A DNA stretch of 39,238 nt from Tubiluchus corallicola (taxonomy: Eukaryota; Animalia; Priapulida), in assembly GCA_030141605.1 (NCBI GenBank), contig JAQGDQ010001471.1, positions 1 through 39,238 on the forward strand, read 5' to 3'. Under the pieces are notes generated by a model. That model did no database searches and had not been told where the DNA came from. It worked only from the letters and a program-made list of their open reading frames with translations. Below, piece by piece: positions 25,069 through 36,000 of the stretch (its first letter is position 1; every line of letters begins with the position of its first letter). A program made the position numbers and the translations under genes.

Positions 25069-26976
25069 CCAAGAATATTAATATATAGACTAGGAAAGGC
25101 CCCGCAAAAGATTTTGCGTATAAATACACGTGTAATCAATAATACGCGAACATCCTACCAAGTCCTCATTTATAACGCAAAGCCCGTAACATCCTGCCTA
25201 CTGTTTGTTTAACTAACGCAAAGCCTGTAGCAGCTTTTTGCTGAATTAAAGTTATAAGCAGAGTACAATGGATGACGTCACTACAATGGCATGCGTCAGC
25301 AGTTTTCTAAGCGAGAATTGCCGAAAATAGAACATGTAATTAACTTGCTAGTACTCCTCTCGGTGGATCTGTCCTAAAATGTAGCCTACATCATCGTGTA
25401 GCCCCGTTCTTCCTCTTTCTAAAGAGCTTTATATCTCCTTCCGAGAGTCCCACCAGGCGCCGCTAGAACGTTTTTCTGCAGGCTGTTTGGCCAAAATTTC
25501 GAAAAAATCGTGAGTAGGGGTCCGGGAAAACGCCCGTTACTGGAGGCCGTGGTCGGTTACGGGACAGCCTGCAGAAAAAACGTTCTAGCGGCGCCTGGTG
25601 GGACTCTCAGAAGGAGATATACGGCTCCTTAGAAAGAGGAAGAATAGGGCTACACGATGATGTGGGCTATACTTTAGGGCAGGTCCACCGAGAGGAGTGA
25701 CGACAAGTTAATTACATGTTCTATTTTCGGCAATTTTCGCTTAGAAAACTGCTGACGCAATGCCATTGTTGTGACGTCATCCATTATACTCTGTCTATAG
25801 CTTTAATTCAGTAAAAGCTGCCGGCTGGCTTTGCATTAGATAAACAGACAAACAGTAGGTAGAATGTTCGCGTATTTTTGATTATACGTGTAAATTTATA
25901 AGCAAAATTTTTTGCGGGGCCTTTGCTAGTCTATATATTAATATTCTTGGTATGTTATTTATACATTTATATATTTATTTATAAATATATAAGATTCGAG
26001 GCTACAGCTTCGACGGCGGCACCATTTGCGGCGATCTATAATGAAACGAAAGGTCTCGATCTAGTGTTGTGCCATTGATGGTTTATTTTTCGACTCGGGC
26101 CCAACGGCAGGAATGGGGGGCAAAAAACCTCAAAAAATGGCCATTTTCAGCCGTTTTTTGCAAAATTTATACGGCTGAGATGTGGAGAACGGGAATGGGC
26201 CGGGGGTGGTACTGGCTATGGATAGATATCCCGTTCAGCAGTGGGTGTAGTAGGCATATTCAGGATTCGCAAGAGGGCCACGGCGTCCCGCAACGGGCGT
26301 TTTCCCGTTCTAGCGGCACCTGGTGGGACTCACGGAAGGACATATACAGCTATTTAGAAAGAGGAAGAACAGGGCTAGACAATGATGTGGGCTATATTTT
26401 AGGGCAGGTCCACTGAGAGGAGTAGCGATGAGTTAATTGGATGTTCTATTTTTGGCAATTTTCACTTAGAAAACTGCTGACGCAAAGCCATTGTTGTGAC
26501 GTCATCCATTATGCTCTGCCTATACCTTTAATTCAGTAAAAGCTGCTACGGCCTTTGTGTTATAAATGAGGACTAGGTACAGTTGCGTCGTGCTATAGGG
26601 TCCAGGCCCATTGATGTGAAGTCAATTTACCTTTAATGCATTAATTTTCTTTATTATGGTGCCCACATTTAGGATGATTTTATTTTCTAGGACGCTAGTT
26701 AAGTTTGAGGGTTGTTTTTTTCGGGATGATGTGGTCGGGATGAACTATTTTGGATGTGGGGAGTAGCCAACCCTCCCAACCCTGTACTATAAAGATGAGA
26801 TGATCAGTAAATTGAGATAAGACAATTATAAGGAAATTTTTAACTTTATCTACTATTTATTACTTATAATTGCATAGAATTGTGGACAAAAATTGTTTGG
26901 ACTATGAACAGGTTCCACCTACACATGTGCGAGCACGTTTACACGCACACACACACGCACACGCACATGCACACGT

Positions 26977-27024
<48 letters not shown>

Positions 27025-30000
27025 CTATGCCCACTGCAAATTGCATTAATTACCCTGTGATTCTGTCAGTGACAAAACACTTTTTGTTGCAGTCTGTGAT
27101 ATAGTCGCAATAAGTATATGAATGATTATGCTTAGAGCGTACCCAATTTTTAGAAGAATATTAGTAGCAATACTATGAGACAAGAACAACACAAAATATT
27201 TTTCGTAAATTCTAACATTACTGGATAAGTAAACTTCACACAGATGCATTACATTAACAGATTAGTGCACTCTTACTATGTGTGTCAAAACGCTAATCAT
27301 GCATTTACTTTAAACTACAGTATTTACAAGACATTTAAAAAGTAACGGCACACCGTAACAATCACGTAAAAATCTCAAATAAAATGTGTTATCACAAATT
27401 CAAGTAACGAATAATTTGATAGAAACCTAAAATAAACCTAGTTTTTCAAATATTATAAACTTTTAAATTTCGGAATTTAAACAAAGTTTAGTTTCGAGGT
27501 TCAGTGATAACTCCACCATCTACTAGATTCATAATCACTGATACATCTTAAGAAATTAAAAAAAATTCAAGCACGGGTGCAGTCTACTCTACATGACTGC
27601 ACAAACTTCAGCATTATACATATTCAATTTTTTTCTATTTCTTTCCATCTTAAATATTTTATGCTGATTTACATCATTTATGAGTCCTATTCTTTCAGCT
27701 TGCCATGTCCATCTGTCATATAGCTACAGATTTCCTGATCATGTAGGACGTTTCATTCCTATTTGCACCCCTTCCGGTGATTACCTGCCACTCCAGCGTT
27801 GGGCCAGTACAGGATATTCGTGGTGTGTTGACAAGCATGGTTATGAAATTAATGGAACAAAAGTTGGACCTGGTGATATTGCCGACTGTAGTGAGTACTT
27901 GATATAGTCCTGTGTGTCTGTTTTTCAGTCTGCTGTAGACAACATACACAATAAAAATGAGTATGAGACATAGAGAGTGAGGGAATGCTTGCATTAGAAA
28001 TATATTATACAGCCAATGAAGTTTTGGGCAAAAAATGTGCAAATCATGTTTCCTATACAATCATCAGCAATGTAGTAATGACTATTAATATTATTATTAT
28101 TACATTTTATTGATCTCATATAAAATTATCACTAAAACAAAATGAAATGTACAATCAAATACATGCATAGAGGTCAAAAAAGTGAAAAATGTAGCATATA
28201 TATAGTTTAGTATTTAGAGTTGCATTCGATCACTACTGTCACTTGACAAGATCCAATTAAAAAGTTTCCACAAAACTACGGTCATCATATGAGCAATGAA
28301 TATTAATTCGATTGCTCACTATTAAACAAATTGATGTAAAAGAATCTAACGGAAAAAATTATTAAGATGATCCAAATTAACTATTTAAACTAGACTGTTA
28401 AATTTGGGTCAAATTGCAATATAGAGAATGGCAAAAGTAAAAATGAAAAGAAACAACCAATGTCATTTTTTATCATATAATAAAAACAAAATAATTTCTA
28501 TTGTTTTCTACGTTTTAAGTATTTGAACAAGTTTTTTGAAAACGAATACAGTAGCTGCTAATACATTGCATAACAGCAACATCTTCCAGGAATTCTTGGT
28601 TAACGAGGTTAATTGCAGTAAACAGGCGGGTCAAAGCAAACCATTAGACTAGCACATTAGAGTATGCTCAAATGTGCCTGTACATTTGAATAGAAGCAGC
28701 CTGTACCAGTCGTTTTTGAGTCAATTAACCGTTTGTGTCTATTAAGCAGTGGCGTCGTGCTATAGGGGCCCGGGCCCCCCAATTTTTTAGAAAATGGCAA
28801 ACGGTAAGCAAATTTATTTCCAACTTTTTGACACACAATAGCGGGCCAGCGCTCCATAAATGCAAACAGTATCGGCGTTTCGGTACAGTTGCCCAATAAT
28901 ATTTTTTATCATTAAAGTTTGTCGCCGAGTTAAATTATTCTGACTGTTAATACGTGCCAGACCAGATGTGTTTACCTGAAAGTCAGGATGTAGTTAATTT
29001 GTTTGCATGTAATCTATTCAGGAGGCAGGCAAGAACAGTTAACAAAGAAGCTCGTTGAGTAACATTAGCGTCTTTGCACAAAAGACTGTTAGTTAACAAA
29101 ACGGCTCAGTTAGCACTCGAGCTTCGTTCAGCAGTGTGTTATGATAGTGAACAAGTGGAAATAATAGAGCAAAGACAATGCAAACATTGAAGTCATGTTG
29201 AGCTAGCTTAGTACCATAGAGTCAGTTTGTCCAGCTAGCCTAGTGCCAGAGAGTCGGTTTGGGAAATACAAATTGACGAGCCACCTCCTGATTGGACATT
29301 ACCGACTCTTTGCTACTCCTTAGCGACTCTTTCCCACGAGTTTGCTGCATAAAAGGGCGTGATTTTGAGCATGATTTTAGCTGCTTATTTGCTCATTTAT
29401 TGCACTGTTGTTTCATCTTGTTGACAAACAAGAATTTTCACGTGATTCTATTCTTAAACGATGCCGATCCAATCTGACTCTCCGCAGTACAATGAGTCAG
29501 TCACGACTGAGTGACCTGATGATCCTTGCAGTTGAGGCTGAGAAAACAAAGAATATGTCTGTGGTTGAACTCTTCTGGAGTGATGTTCTGTGTCGATAGT
29601 ACAAATTTTTAGTGCATTAATTCATGTATTCATGTTATGTTGTTGGCTTTGACTTGTGCTGCTGAATCATTTAAAAATAACATTTAGTAATTATTAAAAA
29701 TATTAAGTTAAAGGTACATATGTTTTGGTAGTTGTCTTTTTGCCGAATCTTTGGATTCCTGACAGCTAATAAATACTTAATTAAATTTTAATTTAATTTT
29801 TAATTTTAATTAAGTTTCCGTTGCTATAGCTTTAAGTTAAATGCCAGTTGGGAATAAATAAATCGTTTTTCTTGCACGCAAAATACTGTGTGGGAATTCA
29901 AAATTATACGTTTTTTAAACAGTTAAGTTCCGCCATTATATACAGTTGCCTGCTATTGAGTGGCACCTAACGTAGATAAAAATGTTGCCTTTCACTTGTG

Positions 30001-33000
30001 TTGGACAGCCACTCAGCTGTCTGTTGGGCTCATCAGCTTAGGCTATTATTAGCATGCTAATGTAATTTTTGGCACCTAGATTTATATTCACAGAAAGTAG
30101 CAGAAGCCTGCATTGAGCATTACTGTCACTAGGTTTAGTGTTTCGTTTTTTAATGGTTTTATGGTAATCACTAAGAATAATTGAAATACAAGCTCTTATT
30201 TGAAGCTGAAGACAGTGCAAAAATTAAAAGTGCACAACAAGAAATCAAAAGTGCATAGCAAAACGTCGAAAATGCACATCGAGAAATCAAAAATCCACAG
30301 CGCAAAATCAAAGGTGTTCAACAAAAGATGATAGCACAACATATTACCTTGCGTATGTAGAATAATGCAGACCCTTCTAATGTTAATAATACTGCTGGAG
30401 CGTGTGTAGCTTGAAGAAAACGTAAATTGTCTTGGGAGTAGAAAAATACCTAGAATTCTATTTATCAAACTTTTCTTCATAAACACAACTTTTTAACGTT
30501 TTGCTAAGTTTCTAATAATAAAAATAGTCCTGATGATGACAGCTGACTGGTTTATTCACTGTTTTCTAAGTTAATTAATAAATGATCTTTGAATGAACAA
30601 ATGGTGACTTACCGTATATATGTATGTACAAGTCGAATTTTTGACAGGCGATTTTGAGGTGAAATTTTTGGGGTCGACTCATACTTAAGATATCCCCTTT
30701 TTTGGGATATGTTGCTAAAGAGTCGTCTGCAATACGAATATGTAAAGAAATAATCCTTCATTATATGCTGGACTGAATGAGCACTCATGCTGTGATACTT
30801 CACATCAGAGAATGTTTGCATCTAGACATTACTTCACAAAATTAACAAATATTACTGTAATTTATTTTAATGTATGTGAAATTCAGTTAAAATTTATATA
30901 TTACCAGTTAATAAACTAGCGACAGAGCACTCGGTCAGAACTTAGAAACCGCCAATGTTGTGCAGGTGCTGCCACCTGACGGCTTCCACGGGAACTTTTA
31001 CACTGGCCTTGTATATGCATATTTTATTGGCAAAATATGAATACCAGCATACACGTATGTATAAAACTCAACTACGCAGTGGTATTAATTTTAGTAAATT
31101 ATTTTTACTTCAAATTTGAAGGTGATGAACCACATCATTTACTCTGGAAGATCTTAATATTTTAGGGTCAACTTGTGCACAGGTAATATATAACATGATG
31201 CAGTTTTTGGTCTTAAAATGCACATCCACTTGTACATAAGTACATACAGTATAAACATTAGTAGGACCACCCTATTCTACAAAAGTTGAAATTCTGCACT
31301 TTTGATTTTTCCCTGTGCGCTCTTGATTTTTCACTATGCACTTTTGATTTTTCTCTGTGCACTTTTGGGCTTGAAAATGTGTAGACCGTTTTTGATTTTG
31401 CAACCTTGAAAGAACTGCCAGATTGTTAATGTGAGCTAAGCAAATGCTTCTTACCAAAGCAATTGAGAAGCGTGCAAATACCTTAAAAAGTTTAGCAGTC
31501 ACTGAAATGTGCGAAACAGTGAAACAGCCACAACAAAATCATTAATCATCTGCAAAAACAGTATTTTGCAGACGAACATAGAGCGCTGATAAGCGAGACA
31601 GTTCCTAAGTTGAACCTAAGCCATCCCTCCACGTCGACTAGCATTAGCAATAGGAACACTGAGCAATAAATTTAAGGAATAGCAACATTAAAAGTAAATT
31701 TTGTCTCATACGAATAAAAACCATATCGTAGTTGGATAGAAATTTTAAAACATTGTCCGTTTCACAGTTGCTACTGATACCCTGATTATTCCATGTTGAG
31801 ATTCTAATGCGATTCACACGCCATCCAATATTTATAAATGGAAATGTGAGCCCTTAAATTTTGCCATTGTATGAGTGTCAGTTTTTCTATTTTTGTGCAT
31901 CACTTTATTTAGAAAAATACATTTTAATTCGTTACTAATTTGTTTAATGGAGATGATGCTGATGATAGTGGTGACATCAACAGCGACAGTCGTCATCAGT
32001 GTAAAATGAAACTTGAAATATGTTTAAAATCTTTTTGTTTGATGTACAATTTCATTGCTGTTTGAGATCAATGAATAATGGAAATATTAGCCAATGCCAT
32101 TGACACAGCAGTTGCTGGCATTTCCATCACCACCAATGTTACTGCAGTTGGCAGCATTGATATTTCCATTACCATTAACGTCTAACATATTGTCAATCAT
32201 TTTCGTTGACTGCCCAACCTAGAGAGCGTAATTAACGAAGGTACTTTCTGGACATTTAGTTATAGCTGCGTCTAATACTGTTATGAAAAATGCTGTACTT
32301 TTCATTAGTTAGCGGGAGGAATATTGGCCTGGCTCGAGGTTTTATTATTGTCAATTGAAATTGTAAGTGAATTAGTGGAAATATATAGTCTAGTTTCGTT
32401 TATAAAAAGAAATGCATATCACTTATGTCTGTTGCTAATTAAATCTTTTCGCAATCAAGAAAATGCACAGGTTAGTTTAGTTGATGGCTTTGCAACTTTG
32501 ACAAAAACAACTATTTGTTTAACTTTAAATAAGGGTAAAACAAAATGTTTTCTTTTTTGGCCAGTTTTTATAAACTTTAATGAGATCTGCACAGTCAAAA
32601 TTAATTCAAATGTGGTCAAAGCTGACTAGACATTAGTTGTGACTGTCATGATATTTAATTTAGTTTAGTTTAGCTTAGAAAGTTGTTGTCCAGTGTGAGC
32701 TTTTGTCCTGAATGCTGCCGAGTGTGCTTACGTTACAGTGGGGGTGCAGCGATAGACCAATATGTTTGACGTCAATTGCATTTGCTGGCCTTGCGATTGC
32801 CATCATCGTCATTTTAGTCACTGGCATTGTTTATTCATTGCAGTTACTACCATTGATGTTACTAACTGCTATCATTGCAGTTGTCAACATCGCTATTGTA
32901 GTTGCAGCTGTTGCTATTGTCACAGTTTTAGTTGCAGTGTTGTATATCATTTGGAAGGAATTCAATTTTCCAATTACCAAAATGAAATGGTGTCACCTGT

Positions 33001-36000
33001 CAGGTTTAATTTAGTTTCTAAAAATTTTGTTGTTTTTCAGGTATTTCAAACGTCCGGGTTGGTGACTGCCGTGATTCTAATTATTTTGATGAACTTGCTT
33101 GTCCAACTAAACAATGCACCACCCATGATGATTGTTCAAAATTGGAAAAATGTTGCACGTTTAAAAATTGCGGTACCATTTGTTTTAAGGTTGCAAAAGG
33201 TATTCGCATATTTCCTTTTTTTATATTTTGATTTTTTCAGTTTTATTTATTATATATGACAAAGTGGAGAGTGTTTTACTTGATTATTATCTTTTACCCT
33301 CAACTCAGGTTCAGAACCTCTATAGACTTTTTATACTAGTGTGCAAAAAAGTAACAATATTTAAAGAAAGTATGGTGCACAAGCAGTGGATTCTTACTTT
33401 TATGCAGGTTAATGTTGCCATTATAAATTGTCTTCTAATAAAAGTCCAGCGATCATGCATTGTCTTGTTTTGAAGTTTATTACAAACCTGTAGGTGGCAT
33501 ACTCATTAATTTCGTAAAATTTATTGAAAGCACATGTGTTGGTACTTTCGAAAGATTTGAAAATTTTTCATCAAAAGTTCATGAATTATCGCTGTCTGCT
33601 GTATTAGTAATAAAAAAATTGACTACTGTCAGCAATTGACATATTTTAATTTTGCATGGTAATTCTTCGAACAGACATGATAAGCACTTTGCACCAGTTG
33701 CGCAAATTCACGTTTTGCGTCCTTCACCTCCTCATCCCCTACATTGAAGCCTGCTCTGGCTTAATTTGATTATTATTCTGTTTTTGCTTTTATAAACCGT
33801 GTTTTTATCCTGAAATTTAATCAGTGTGAATTGCTGTCACCACGATGAAGCCAAGTCATCATTTCATGCTGGGAGGCACCAATGATCCATAATGTATATT
33901 GTATTTTTAAATTTGCGAGATCACATTTTCACGACACTTCATATGCTATTCGTTTGCGTTGGTGCCCATGATTACAATGATTTTATGTTCTACGCAACTA
34001 GCCTACTAGTTGATAAGTGGTGCAAACTCATAACTTTGACAAACATCTGTTTTCATGCTTACATGTTGTTCGCCCAAACATAACTAGTTTACGTCTTAAA
34101 CACGTGCATTTAGGTAAATCACCCTTTAATGGGCTATAAGCAAATAATTTACAATAGATGATTCATCTTCTTGTACTTGTTTTTAGTTAGAGCAGCACTG
34201 AAGGAAAAATATGACCAGATGACAAGCTGCAGTTAAAAATGTGGTCAATCGTTTATAAAATGAATAAAGCCGAAGAAGGCACTGCAAGCTTAGATTAGCA
34301 TACTGTATAACAGAATTAGCAGTTTAGTTAAAAATATCCAATTTATTACAATTCTGTAAAAAAATATAGAAAACTGTGCATGACGAAAGATCTAGTCACA
34401 ACAAAATTTAGTGTTGCTGCTGCATTTCAACTAAAATCGCATCATAGTACTACATTTATTGAGCACTACCTTGATGTTTTTTAGAATAAGCACATGTGAA
34501 ATGCGTAGTTTAGTTATTTATACTAACCACCAACTCGAAAAAAATAAACCGGATCAGTTAATGGCCAAATTAAGATCACAAATGCCTTCAGTGCTGCTTT
34601 TAAGAATAATAGAAAACTAAATTTCAGTTTATTTTTTCACAAGAAGGTTTGTATTTTTTGCTAACAGTAAGCATTCAAACTTGTTGGATGTAATTCCGAA
34701 TGTCTAGCTACTGATTTGTCATAGTCTATTAGTCAGTGTTAATTTTAACTGTTTATACAAATGCAGATGACTAATCAGTTAATGGATCTTTCTTCTGTGA
34801 GCAAAATAAGAGCACTGCTGGTATTTTTGTTAAATCACTCTCAAATCCTGTTCATGCCATGAATACGTTGCTACAATCAGCCATTGCTGAACTGTGCTCT
34901 GTCAAGGCTAATGCCAAGGAACTAAAAACTGTGGAGCAAAAAAATGACATCAATACTGTCATGCTTTTAGAATTTTGCAAGCATGAAGTGAAGCTGTGAA
35001 GAGTTTCTAAATGGATTGTGAACTTATGAGTGAGACAAGATCATAATTTCAGCACTTAGTAAGATGAAAGTAATTTTTTGTGAGAGTGATGCTTATACAA
35101 CAACTGCATTATTTAGAAACTTTAGAAGGGAACTCATGTGCTGAAAATTCTACAATCTTTGGTGTCTTTGCAATAATTGAGATTCAGCAGCAGAACCCGA
35201 GTAAGTGCCATGGCGTTTTTGCAGATTGATTTAGAAGAGAGTGTATGTGTTTAGCAAAACATTCAGCCAATGGACCAAATACAGTCTATAAAGGTATTGT
35301 AGAACGAAACAGCTCGCATTGAGTTGAAAAGATTGATAAGAAGCTTGAGGAAGCATGAGATTACTTTAAAATGATGCATATAAATAAAGGACCAACACCT
35401 AGGTAGCCCTACGATATAAACAGACTGCCTGGTGCTGAAAGCGATGAACAATGGAATCCCTAGAATCAGAGTCACAAAGTTAAATATGATGCTTACCATC
35501 CCTGCATATTTGTAGAAAGTTATCATGTTTTATGTGCAGAGGTGAGGCTTAAAGCACTTTATCTTTCAATATTATTGGCAGAGTTGTGAAACTTGAATCA
35601 GATTGTCTGCCAATTTATATTTCAGTACACGACATTGTGTACTTATGTGAGACAAAAACAGCTTACTATTTTCCAGCCAATGGACTTAAATGCCTTCATT
35701 GAAGCATCTTTCCAGTTGATGAAAAAAGGTGTCGTTTACTCCATTTTTTAAGATTCATTTTCGGCCTTATGTTCTCAGTAACAAGAGGTTTAAATGACCA
35801 AGTGATTCAGAATGCAGTCTTTGCCCAATTGTGCAGTGTGTTAGATTGCACCTAAAGACTCACTTTAGTTTGACTGTACGTTGTTTGCTGTAATTTGAGA
35901 AATATGTTTGGCATACACAAATTTTTTATGATCTGACATTTTGATGCAAGAATGCTATAACAACTTGATTTATATTAATCCCAGTGACTATCGTAATCAA

